A DNA stretch of 64,000 bases from a virus (lineage: Duplodnaviria > Caudoviricetes), in the IMG/VR virus record IMGVR_UViG_3300032227_001172, positions 96,001 to 160,000 of that record; one strand, 5' to 3'. The position numbers and the translations under genes are program-made. The notes beneath the pieces are model-generated. The model worked only from the letters and a program-made list of their open reading frames with translations, was not told where the DNA came from and ran no database searches. Shown here in pieces: positions 9,103-18,834 of this stretch; the stretch's first letter is position 1, and every line of letters starts with the position of its first letter.

Positions 9103-9740
9103 AGAGCTTTCTCCAATTCTGTTTGTAATATATTTTCTATCTGAGAATCTAATTTGCTAATAGCTCTATACACCCAATTATTATTGGTAGTACCAGCATA
9201 TTGTGGTGGCATACGCCAATTCTCTGTGGAGCTAACCATAATAGCGTTGCCTGATCTAGAATTAGGATGCGAACCCATTTTGACAACATAATTACGTATT
9301 AAAATATCTCCACCGGCCAATAATAACCAATAAAGCCATGGTATAACTGAACCAGTATTTTGATCAACAATAGAAGCACTATCTTTAGATAGAACATCCG
9401 AATAATCTTCTTTGATCATGCTTATAGCAATACCACCCATTAATCTAGAACCAGTAATCTGAATAGGTTGAATATTTACGTCTATATTGGAAATCCAGGT
9501 ATCAACTATATCCGCTATTTTTAAATTACTGTCTATACCTAGTTCATACTTTAATTGACCAGACATCAATGATTGATATTCAGGTTCTGTAATAATAGCA
9601 TCTCTAACCAACTGCTGTATTTTATTAACTAAATTAGGTCGCATTTTTATAAAAGCTTCATCCATAACAGAAGCCAATATATCTAAAATACTACGCTCTA
9701 TAGTAGAATTATTTTCAACAATATTTAAGCTTAATCTCAT
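9099..9740 (-). CDS. Putative neck/tail completion protein
   Basis: Start moved to 9740, giving an ATGA overlap with the upstream stop. Positional call. Confidence 0.45.
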   Translation of the reverse strand: MRLSLNIVENNSTIERSILDILASVMDEAFIKMRPNLVNKIQQLVRDAIITEPEYQSLMSGQLKYELGIDSNLKIADIVDTWISNIDVNIQPIQITGSRLMGGIAISMIKEDYSDVLSKDSASIVDQNTGSVIPWLYWLLLAGGDILIRNYVVKMGSHPNSRSGNAIMVSSTENWRMPPQYAGTTNNNWVYRAISKLDSQIENILQTELEKAL

Positions 9741-10255
9741 GCTTTTTTCCACATTGTAATTATATAATCATTAGATCCTAATCCAACAGGTTGTGGTTCT
9801 CCAGCTCTAGTATATGTAAAGTGCGCATAGTTACTTAGTGTATTATCCATAACTAATTGTTTAGCTTCTCTAAGTTTAGGCAGTAAAGAGATGCTACATA
9901 AACTTTGAACCATGCCATCAGGAATATTAACAGTATTCGATCCCCAATTTAGAAAATATTTACTATCAAAAATAATAGCTAAATGAACAACTTCGTCTGT
10001 AGCCGTATCAATAAATCCAAAACCATTACACACAGGACAAATAGTATTAGATGGAAAATTAACAGCTGCGGTTGTTTTTGGTCTATTAGCAGATCGTTGA
10101 TTAATCGGATCAAATTCACAATTATAGCATGTGTTTCGTTTTGTATTTTCATATTTTATGGTACATGGTACTGTCAAAGAATTTTGAGCTAATAAAGTAT
10201 CTATAGAGTCTCTGAATATCTGTTTGAATTCTGGAGTAATTAAATTATTAAACAT
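9737..10255 (-). CDS. Putative head-closure (stopper) protein with Zn-ribbon
   Basis: 172 aa with CYNC...CPVCNG; first gene of the neck cluster. Confidence 0.5.
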   Translation of the reverse strand: MFNNLITPEFKQIFRDSIDTLLAQNSLTVPCTIKYENTKRNTCYNCEFDPINQRSANRPKTTAAVNFPSNTICPVCNGFGFIDTATDEVVHLAIIFDSKYFLNWGSNTVNIPDGMVQSLCSISLLPKLREAKQLVMDNTLSNYAHFTYTRAGEPQPVGLGSNDYIITMWKKA

Positions 10256-10268
10256 TTATACCTCTTAT

Positions 10269-13200
10269 TTATAAAGAACTACAATTATAATTGCCATAAT
10301 TAGTATCTGGTAAACCGTTTGGTATCCAGTACTGTGAAGAACCGATGGATCGTAAATGAGATGTTCCATTACCGCTCGGATGTCTATTAGCATCATACAT
10401 AGAATAATATAATGGATAATATCCGCTTAAACACTTTGCTGTTTCAGAATGATCTAAAACAAAAGAACTCATAGCCGTTAAAGTACTAAAAGCACTAATA
10501 GATTTTACAACTACGCTTATATTGATAGTCTCATCATTTCTATTATTAATATTTTGACCAGATACTGCAAGATACGATGATACTAAACCATTCAAACCAG
10601 ATATGTATGGACTACCATTTAGTGACCAACTATACGTCAGATCTGTGGCTGTTCCCTGTGTTAGTGTGCCAAAAATATTCTGATTGCCAGCGACTAGAGA
10701 CGAAACACCAGATACAATATTTAAACTTGTAAGAATAGTTTCTGGTAGCACATTAATGGTAAATGTTTTTTCAAAAAATCTAGATGTTTGATCTGTGGTT
10801 CTTATTCTAATATTGTGTGTAGGTTGAATATCATTACTTAATAGCTGTTTAACTCTTAGTTCATTATTAGCTATAGTGAATTTAATATTGTCAGTATCTC
10901 CAGTACCAGTAGCAAAAGCATATGTATGAGTATCTCCTATATTTGCATCTGTTGTAGATAAAATGCCTATAATTGAATTAATACTGGCTTTTTCACTAAC
11001 TTTATTCTCCGATAACAGTAAATTAGTGGGGGCGTATGGGAATTTTTGTAATACTCCGTTAGGCATGTAATACGTAACGCTATTAATAGCATATGATGTA
11101 TACGAACCATTCCCACCATTTAGTAATCCGTATTGTGTTGCTGAAGTAGGATTTGTAAATAATGGATAGTGCCCGTCTACTGTTAAAGGAGATAACGATG
11201 GAGATAATTCTTGAGAAATTTTTTGTTGTTTTGAATAATTACCAATAATATATGGATAAGTAGGAATTAATAAACTATTACTAGTGAATGTTAAATAATA
11301 TGCATAAGTACCCTCTGGATATTCTGGGGTTACAGCATACCTACCATTGTATTGGTCTAGAATTCCAGATCCTTCACCATAATAAAAATCTTCTACAAAT
11401 GCACCACCAGTTAAATTATAGGTAATGTCATTAACAGAAACAGCGTTGGTAAATTTCCAATTAGCTGGCCTATGGTCGTCATTGGTTTTAACTACATATG
11501 AACTAGTCATTAATGATACACCGCTGTCTGGTGTCTCAGAATCAGTATATCCGAAAGGTCCATATATTGGATAGCCATCATAACAAAAGCCCAACATCTT
11601 GGAATGTCCATCGCTATGACGAAAATAATCATTGTTATAATTACTGCCACTATAATAAATATTGCTATTATATACCTTTTCATCATTCCAACATCTATTC
11701 AAAAATTTACCATTATAGTAAGAATATTTTCTATCAAAATCGACATAGCCGCCGCAATCATCTAGTTTAAAAAAGGTATTGAAAAAAGTTCTGTTGTAAT
11801 GGAATCCGCTTGGTGGAGCATATAATCCAACAGCTTCTGAACCAGCTGATGGACTTGCTACAAGAACACCGTTATTCAATATTCCGTTAAAGCCACTAGT
11901 AGCTAATTCTGGGGCAGAAGTATTGGTGCCTCCACGATATCTAAAAATTATATGATAAATTTGATCTACAATTTCATAATTATTAAAAAATGCTGATCGT
12001 AAACTTATTCCGTCATTGACTAAATTATCTCCAGCTTTGGCTGGGTATGGATCTCCGTCGCTATCCACTACTAGATATGATCCAGAAAAAGAGATGTTTG
12101 TTATACTCGGATAATTACCAGTACTATTGGAAATAGATAAACTGTCTGCTGCAAACCATGGGTCGGTTGGTAGCTTGATTCTTTTCCAGCTATTGGGACT
12201 TACACATAAATATACATAATTATCATCATAAAATACTTCTCCTGGTCTACCAATCGAAGATGGACTATATAAAGTACCAGTATTGAACGGCGTAAATACT
12301 TGATCTAAATCAAATATAACAGCATTATATGCATCACTATAAGACAAATCAATACCCCTACCACCAACAAGATTTAATTTTTCATTATTAGATAAGTTCA
12401 AATTAATTCTAGGATTATCCAAATTTGTAGAGGAATCACCTATGGTTAATCTGATATCGGGAGGATCTGGAAAATCTATAGTATTATTATCTATTTTAAG
12501 ATATTCCAAATCATTCCATTCGGAAGTATTGTCTCCGATTTTCATTCTTTTTGTATCTGTTTCATAACCGGGTTCGCCTATGGCCAAAATTGGATTAACT
12601 CCACTCCAATTAGTAGACGTGTCTCTTCTTAGTCTTATCCGCGTATAGTTAGCGCTATTAAAATTAAAAGATGTAACAGTTTTGGGTTCTTCTGGTGTTA
12701 CAATAGCAGACTCTATAGAGTAGGATCCTTTACCAACTAAATTCAGTGCTGCTACCCTAAAAATATAATCATGATCATTAATTAAGTTTAATACATTAAT
12801 ACCAGTAGTTGGAGTATTAATAGTATACGGTGTCCATGATACTTCATTATTAGTTAAATCCAAAAATTGAACATTATATCCTGTTACTGGACTTCCTCCA
12901 TCGTCTGATGGAGAATTCCAAAAAACAGCTGCAGATTTGTCTGCTCCAGAAGCTACTACATTAACAGGTCTTCCTGGGATACGAGCATAATAGCTAACAT
13001 TAACATAATTAAATGACATATCTCTTAAACCAGTAGATATATCAGAAGGCTTAAATGCTAAAGTAAGATATGAATTAGTATTCCATCCTGGTGATTTATT
13101 AAGTTCGGACACGCCACTAGTAATATCTAAATTTACAATATAATCAGGATCTTGTGGGAATGGTTTACTACTAACAAAACCTGAAAGATTAATTGGATTA

Positions 13201-13577
13201 CTAGGAAAAGCATTAAAATTTTCAGATAAAAAAGAGGCTTGGTTATAATCATTAAAATTATTAAAATTACATGCTAAATTAGCACTAATATTTCTAGGAT
13301 ATCCAGAAACATCAAACAAACCAAAATTAACACTAATAGACCGTAAAGTATTTCTATGAATATTTAATGGTAATAATAAAACAGTGGCATAGTTGCCTGC
13401 GTCTGCTGACTTAAAAGTAGTCATACCTCCAGAATAATAACCAATCATAGAATATAGATCAAGACCTGTAGGATTACCTAGAAAATCTATTCTGGTTTCA
13501 TTACTAGTATTAATCTGATATACTCGATATAATTTATTTATATCTGGATATAAAATCTTATTTAGTATAACACTCAT
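10269..13577 (-). CDS. Multidomain virion appendage protein (FN3, Mtd-N/hyaluronidase-N-like, YHYH-like, cadherin-like)
   Basis: FN3 (WNSPSDDGGSPVTGY...YIFRVAALN), IRLRRDT..W...NPILAIGEPGYETD, YHYH-type DGYPIYGPFGY and LDQYNGR..VTPEYPEGTY, cadherin-like HNIRIRTTD. Confidence 0.75.
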   Translation of the reverse strand: MSVILNKILYPDINKLYRVYQINTSNETRIDFLGNPTGLDLYSMIGYYSGGMTTFKSADAGNYATVLLLPLNIHRNTLRSISVNFGLFDVSGYPRNISANLACNFNNFNDYNQASFLSENFNAFPSNPINLSGFVSSKPFPQDPDYIVNLDITSGVSELNKSPGWNTNSYLTLAFKPSDISTGLRDMSFNYVNVSYYARIPGRPVNVVASGADKSAAVFWNSPSDDGGSPVTGYNVQFLDLTNNEVSWTPYTINTPTTGINVLNLINDHDYIFRVAALNLVGKGSYSIESAIVTPEEPKTVTSFNFNSANYTRIRLRRDTSTNWSGVNPILAIGEPGYETDTKRMKIGDNTSEWNDLEYLKIDNNTIDFPDPPDIRLTIGDSSTNLDNPRINLNLSNNEKLNLVGGRGIDLSYSDAYNAVIFDLDQVFTPFNTGTLYSPSSIGRPGEVFYDDNYVYLCVSPNSWKRIKLPTDPWFAADSLSISNSTGNYPSITNISFSGSYLVVDSDGDPYPAKAGDNLVNDGISLRSAFFNNYEIVDQIYHIIFRYRGGTNTSAPELATSGFNGILNNGVLVASPSAGSEAVGLYAPPSGFHYNRTFFNTFFKLDDCGGYVDFDRKYSYYNGKFLNRCWNDEKVYNSNIYYSGSNYNNDYFRHSDGHSKMLGFCYDGYPIYGPFGYTDSETPDSGVSLMTSSYVVKTNDDHRPANWKFTNAVSVNDITYNLTGGAFVEDFYYGEGSGILDQYNGRYAVTPEYPEGTYAYYLTFTSNSLLIPTYPYIIGNYSKQQKISQELSPSLSPLTVDGHYPLFTNPTSATQYGLLNGGNGSYTSYAINSVTYYMPNGVLQKFPYAPTNLLLSENKVSEKASINSIIGILSTTDANIGDTHTYAFATGTGDTDNIKFTIANNELRVKQLLSNDIQPTHNIRIRTTDQTSRFFEKTFTINVLPETILTSLNIVSGVSSLVAGNQNIFGTLTQGTATDLTYSWSLNGSPYISGLNGLVSSYLAVSGQNINNRNDETINISVVVKSISAFSTLTAMSSFVLDHSETAKCLSGYYPLYYSMYDANRHPSGNGTSHLRSIGSSQYWIPNGLPDTNYGNYNCSSL

Positions 13578-16036
13578 ACTTTTTTAACTCCTAGAATTAA
13601 TCCATTTGGATTATTGATTAATCCAGTTGTCCACGGCTGATCAGATATTGGATCGTTGTACTCATAAAACTGTACTATTTTTCCATATCTTGTTTTAGTC
13701 AGATTTTGAACATCCCCTAAACGAATATAATCATCTTGAATAACATTAAGACTATTTGGAGGGAAAAAATTACCTGTATATCTTGGAGCAAATGTTATGC
13801 GATAGTCATCTATGAAGCCATTGCCTTGTATTCTAGTAGGTATTCTATTAGTAGGATATCCCCAAAAAGCATTGAAGGTTTTAATATAATTATTATTAAT
13901 AGAATTACTAGGCCAATAATATAATGTATTAGTAAATGAACCCGACCATGGTCCAGTTGGAGTAGAGTTGTTAGCAAATAATTGCGAATCATATTCATAT
14001 GGACCATTTTGCCAATATCTGTATGATGTTCCTGATACTCCATCTAAGAACGCTATGAGGGTATTGCTAGTACTTACCAGTGCTACATGATGCCACTCAT
14101 CATCTTGAATTGATCCACTAAAATATAAATCAAGATATCCATTATAAGTATTGTTTTGATAAGAACTATAATATCTTATGCCTCCTGTTCCAACAGATAA
14201 ATTAAAGTCTTGGTAAAAATTAATACTTTGTGTTGGAATATTAGTAAAATTTTTAGAGAATAGAACAATTCTATCATTTAAACCAGTAAATTTTATCCAT
14301 GTTTCTAGTGTAAAGTCTGTGCGAGTTGGATTAGAAATATTACCATCGTTGCCATAATTTAATTCGATATTATAGTTTGTATCTAAATTATTGTTTTGAA
14401 TATATTGACCACTTGTAAGTTTTAAACTTTTGCTACCATATTTCACAATGTCGGTGGATAATTCGATGCTAGGAGTAGACTTACTAAATATAAAACGATT
14501 AATAGTAGCATCAGTAATAGTTGCTGAATCATTATTAAAATTTAATAAAAGTTTATTCGAACCCGCTAAGTTATCTCTTATACCTGTTCTAAGCACAACT
14601 TCGTATGAAGTATCTAAAAATTCTTTTTTACCTTGAGTATATAGTTTTAAACCACCAATACCATCTTCAACTGTTCCCCAAACATTAATAGCGTTATTAT
14701 CTGGGCCGTTATATTGAGTTAACATTGGCCGATATGGTACAGCAGTTATCAGGCCAGAAGCTGATGTACTAATTTTTCCATCATCACCATCAGCATTTTT
14801 AAATACTACCCTATATGAAGCTATATTTTTCTCCCATTGTGTTAAGCCATCAGGAGATACGCCGTTGTTGCTTACGTTACCACCAATACCGGGAGAAAAT
14901 GGTACTACTTTTGCATTTTTTCCTAAAAATGTAGTTGTAGATCCAGAACTATCAGATAAAATCACATCGTCTATAAGGGTCACAGCGCCTTTCATATAAT
15001 ATCTACTAACTAATAGTAAATCATCTCTAGTTCCATAATAAGGACTTGTCTGATCACTAAATTGAAAACTAGCATTATATGTACGATTAAAAAATCTAAT
15101 ATTATCATAATAAACACCACTAATATAAACTCTATCATCCCATAAGTCTTTATCTATAATCAGATCGTCGGATGGTATACTCAATAAATCTATATCTTCT
15201 AGTTTTATTTGTACATAATGATCTGTACCAGTATTAATAATTCCAAATTGAAAATGACACCATCTAGATAGAGGACTAGACCAATTGCTGGTAGTATCTG
15301 TGTCTATCGTTAAAATTCTACCACCAACATCCGCTAAAGTATAATTAGCAACAGCATTATCATAAACCGATTTAACTCTATAGTTAATTAAATCTTCATT
15401 AATATTTAAATCAAAAACACCACTAATTCCGTCTGGTTGTTCAACTTCCAGACCAATGGTCATTTTTTGATTTTCTAGAACAGAAATATGGTTGCCTGTA
15501 ACTTTAACAATACTTAAAATTAAACCAGTAGTATTACCACTACAAAAAGCTACTAATGGATGTTTCGATCCAAATCGACCGGGCTTATCTGAAGAACTAT
15601 AACTAGTATCTTTTGTTTCTATTCCTAAAAATCTTGTTGTTAAAAAACTAGTTTGTCCAGAAGGTAATTGAAATCCACTTAATTGAATATATGTTATTGG
15701 TGCTAACAAATTAGAATTTGATATATCTAAGTTTGTTAAGGCCAAAAACCCAGGAGGACTACTAAATCCTGGAAAAGCATTACCTATCACATAAATACCA
15801 TAATAGCTATTGAAAGCCGTATCAACATATCTACCCGTCGGTAGTATTCCATTATTAGGAGAATAATAGGCATAATTTGCATTATTATAGTCTGCGACAG
15901 AATGATTATATACATATCCTCCAAAGGCATATTTTTTATATTCCACAGGATGTTGTGGCTCGAAGGACCAGTAATTTGGATCAAGATCCTTAAGTAAGTT
16001 GCAGCGGTCAAAACCGTCAAAAAATAAAACGGCCAT
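13574..16036 (-). CDS. Virion protein with LamG/concanavalin-like domains
   Basis: N-terminal DGFD; LamG signatures DFTLETWI, WHHVALV and GFIDDYRI. Confidence 0.7.
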   Translation of the reverse strand: MAVLFFDGFDRCNLLKDLDPNYWSFEPQHPVEYKKYAFGGYVYNHSVADYNNANYAYYSPNNGILPTGRYVDTAFNSYYGIYVIGNAFPGFSSPPGFLALTNLDISNSNLLAPITYIQLSGFQLPSGQTSFLTTRFLGIETKDTSYSSSDKPGRFGSKHPLVAFCSGNTTGLILSIVKVTGNHISVLENQKMTIGLEVEQPDGISGVFDLNINEDLINYRVKSVYDNAVANYTLADVGGRILTIDTDTTSNWSSPLSRWCHFQFGIINTGTDHYVQIKLEDIDLLSIPSDDLIIDKDLWDDRVYISGVYYDNIRFFNRTYNASFQFSDQTSPYYGTRDDLLLVSRYYMKGAVTLIDDVILSDSSGSTTTFLGKNAKVVPFSPGIGGNVSNNGVSPDGLTQWEKNIASYRVVFKNADGDDGKISTSASGLITAVPYRPMLTQYNGPDNNAINVWGTVEDGIGGLKLYTQGKKEFLDTSYEVVLRTGIRDNLAGSNKLLLNFNNDSATITDATINRFIFSKSTPSIELSTDIVKYGSKSLKLTSGQYIQNNNLDTNYNIELNYGNDGNISNPTRTDFTLETWIKFTGLNDRIVLFSKNFTNIPTQSINFYQDFNLSVGTGGIRYYSSYQNNTYNGYLDLYFSGSIQDDEWHHVALVSTSNTLIAFLDGVSGTSYRYWQNGPYEYDSQLFANNSTPTGPWSGSFTNTLYYWPSNSINNNYIKTFNAFWGYPTNRIPTRIQGNGFIDDYRITFAPRYTGNFFPPNSLNVIQDDYIRLGDVQNLTKTRYGKIVQFYEYNDPISDQPWTTGLINNPNGLILGVKKV

Positions 16037-16073
16037 ATTTTCTCCTTATTCTGAATATTATTCTTATACCCCT

Positions 16074-17672
16074 TTATGGAATAAAATCGTTATCAATAGT
16101 TGTCAATGATGCTGATAAAATATAACTACCACAATCTTTACAATCTGGTGGTTCTTCATATTTTACTGGTACAAAATTTTTACCATATCTAGCCGCTTTG
16201 CTGATCATAAAATCGTCTATACGGCCAATAAATGGTTCGTTAACAGCACCTCTACCAGTATTAAATTCATCAGAATATAAATAAGAATCTGTTTGTGAAG
16301 CACCAATAATCATATAGGGGTTATTATTATAAGGAATAATAATGTCTTTATCAAAATATTTTCTATCATATCTTTGACCATTAATAAATAACCTGATATA
16401 ATTATTAAAACGACAAACAGCTATATGAGTAAATTCTGATGTTGGTAAAGCCATATTAGCAACAAGTTGCACCGAACCAAAATCATATTCTCCGTTTTGT
16501 GGATCATAATTTTCAGTATATGTGTCAAATCTTATAGTATTTGCATAAATATAAAGCTTCCAGTATCTATTTTGATAATTTTCATAGGTATTATAATTAT
16601 TTTGATAATAACAAGAAACTAAAGTTTGATTAGTGTACACTGGCACAGTGTTTGGCTTAATCCATAACTCTATCGTAAAATCATCTACCAAAGACCAATT
16701 GTCTAGTGAAATACTATGATTGTGATTTATTTGTAAATGAGAGTAAGTTGATGGCGTTGGACTAGATTCATAAACACCATCAAAATATAAACTTCCAGGA
16801 CCAAACTTGGATTGAGAGGAAACCGTCACCCCAGCAATATGATTAATGGTTTTTTCTCTACATGAATGTTCTGTTAGAGAAGCATAAATGTCAGTTGTTG
16901 AGTCAGGCTGCATAAAAGCTAATATGTCGCAATATTGATGTTCTGGTCCCAAAGGAGTAAAAATACCACTATATCCGAACTCTCCTGTACCAACACAGTT
17001 TACTGCTGCAATCCTAAATAAATAAGAGTGACCATTAGATAATTCATCTACAATAACAAAATTTCTTAAACCAACACCGCTAGATTGTTCAGTCATGATC
17101 AGATTATCATTGTCGCTTGAAATCCTATATAAATCTTGAGATAAAAGTCTTGCTTTATTAAATTCTTGATAATTACAATTTAATCTAAAATATTCTTCAA
17201 TTACATTCTCTATTAATTCAGTAGATATACTATAATTATTTTCTGTTAATAAATTACTTAAAAAACAATCACTATATTCTAATACATAATTTGTAATATC
17301 ACATCTATTATTATATGGGGTGCTCCATGTTAATTCTACAGAAGAATCCTCTACTAAACTGCTAAGAAAAATAGTTATTTCTGGAAGCTGAGGAGGCGGA
17401 TCATAAGTACATATATCAGCAATACCGTATGTCACATGAGCTATGTTTGAGAGGCTCTTTAGTGTTACAGCATCGAGGGATAGGAAGGTTAGAGATGCCA
17501 CAGATATAGGCCTATCAAAAGTTGCACTATCCATAGATAAAAATGTGACATTAGCTGCCGAAGAAGCTAAATCGTACGTTGCCGAATCTGCAACTAGATA
17601 TGATATAATAGCTTGACGTACAGATTGTTCGTCATAATGAGACGATATACCAAAAAAAGGAGGTAAAATCAT
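16074..17672 (-). CDS. Virion protein with FN3 and LamG domains
   Basis: LSNGHSYLFRIAAVN (FN3); KFGPGSLYFDG, DFTIELWI and GRIDDFMIS (LamG); four N-terminal short repeats. Confidence 0.7.
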   Translation of the reverse strand: MILPPFFGISSHYDEQSVRQAIISYLVADSATYDLASSAANVTFLSMDSATFDRPISVASLTFLSLDAVTLKSLSNIAHVTYGIADICTYDPPPQLPEITIFLSSLVEDSSVELTWSTPYNNRCDITNYVLEYSDCFLSNLLTENNYSISTELIENVIEEYFRLNCNYQEFNKARLLSQDLYRISSDNDNLIMTEQSSGVGLRNFVIVDELSNGHSYLFRIAAVNCVGTGEFGYSGIFTPLGPEHQYCDILAFMQPDSTTDIYASLTEHSCREKTINHIAGVTVSSQSKFGPGSLYFDGVYESSPTPSTYSHLQINHNHSISLDNWSLVDDFTIELWIKPNTVPVYTNQTLVSCYYQNNYNTYENYQNRYWKLYIYANTIRFDTYTENYDPQNGEYDFGSVQLVANMALPTSEFTHIAVCRFNNYIRLFINGQRYDRKYFDKDIIIPYNNNPYMIIGASQTDSYLYSDEFNTGRGAVNEPFIGRIDDFMISKAARYGKNFVPVKYEEPPDCKDCGSYILSASLTTIDNDFIP

Positions 17673-17680
17673 TGGCTGTC

Positions 17681-18823
17681 CTATGGTCCAGAATTAAGGT
17701 CGGTAGTATCTCCAGACAGAAGTATTACAGATTCAGCCACCTTAACTAATGTTGCTATAGAATATTGTCCAACTAATTTGGTATGGTTATATCTGTTTTG
17801 TACAGAATCGGTTATTCTTACTTGCCCCGATCCCAATTGTACAATTAAACAATTAAATCCTGGCTCAAGACTATCGTTAAATGTGAGACTAATAGCACTA
17901 GTATTATGATTAAAGGTTACTACTTTACCATTGTCAGACTGTAAAATCTCATAATTGCTAACAGTTTGGTTATTTAGTGTTGCAGAAAACCTGTTTATAG
18001 CGCCGTCGCCAAAAGATTGATTTCCTGTAAAATTATTTCCACCATTAACTTTAGCAAATACACCAGAATTATATATTGATGCTGTTCCTAAGCCCAAAGT
18101 AGCTCTTTGTTCTTCTGTACTAGTATCATTCAAAAGATTTTTTGCAGTATTAGATAGGGTGATTAATTCAAAATCATTATTAGCATTAGAATATAAAATT
18201 TTCCCAGACTCAAGAGTAAGACTAGCTATATCTTGTAGATTAGGATGATATGCTTGTACGTTTTGGCCAATTGTAAGTCCAGTAACAGAAATAGTTAGAC
18301 TATTAAAGTCTGGATCTTTATAATTAAGACCAATATTATTTCCAGGTATCAACAATTCATTAACTCTATCGTCTACAGATTCATTAAAATTAATAATATC
18401 TGCGGCTATGTGTTGATGTCCTACCAAATCATTTGAGATAGTAATACTTTGCTCTGTATCGTTAAGAGATATCGATGTTCCAGCGCCTTCGACAAACTTA
18501 ATTGTTGATGCTGTTGTATCTATTGTAAAACTATTAGTGGCATCAGAAATATTAAATGACTTAATACCACTACCCGGTGGTCCGGGTTCACCAGACGGTC
18601 CTGCTATACCGACATCTCCCTTTAATCCTTGTGGACCCATCGGACCCGGTTCTCCAGACCCCGGAGGACCTTGTGGGCCTTGCACACCAACACCGGCTAC
18701 AATAGAGGCAACAGGGGCTTCATTAACACTAATTATTAAATTAGTGCCAATTCCGTTGGATGATGGATCATTTAAAACACTAATATTATGAAGTATTTGT
18801 GGAAGAATATTAATTGTAGCCAT
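17681..18823 (-). CDS. Collagen-like fibre protein
   Basis: About 13 Gly-X-Y triplets, a GHQH motif and a fibre-tip-like C-terminal domain. Confidence 0.75.
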   Translation of the reverse strand: MATINILPQILHNISVLNDPSSNGIGTNLIISVNEAPVASIVAGVGVQGPQGPPGSGEPGPMGPQGLKGDVGIAGPSGEPGPPGSGIKSFNISDATNSFTIDTTASTIKFVEGAGTSISLNDTEQSITISNDLVGHQHIAADIINFNESVDDRVNELLIPGNNIGLNYKDPDFNSLTISVTGLTIGQNVQAYHPNLQDIASLTLESGKILYSNANNDFELITLSNTAKNLLNDTSTEEQRATLGLGTASIYNSGVFAKVNGGNNFTGNQSFGDGAINRFSATLNNQTVSNYEILQSDNGKVVTFNHNTSAISLTFNDSLEPGFNCLIVQLGSGQVRITDSVQNRYNHTKLVGQYSIATLVKVAESVILLSGDTTDLNSGP

Positions 18824-18834
18824 AATATTTTATC

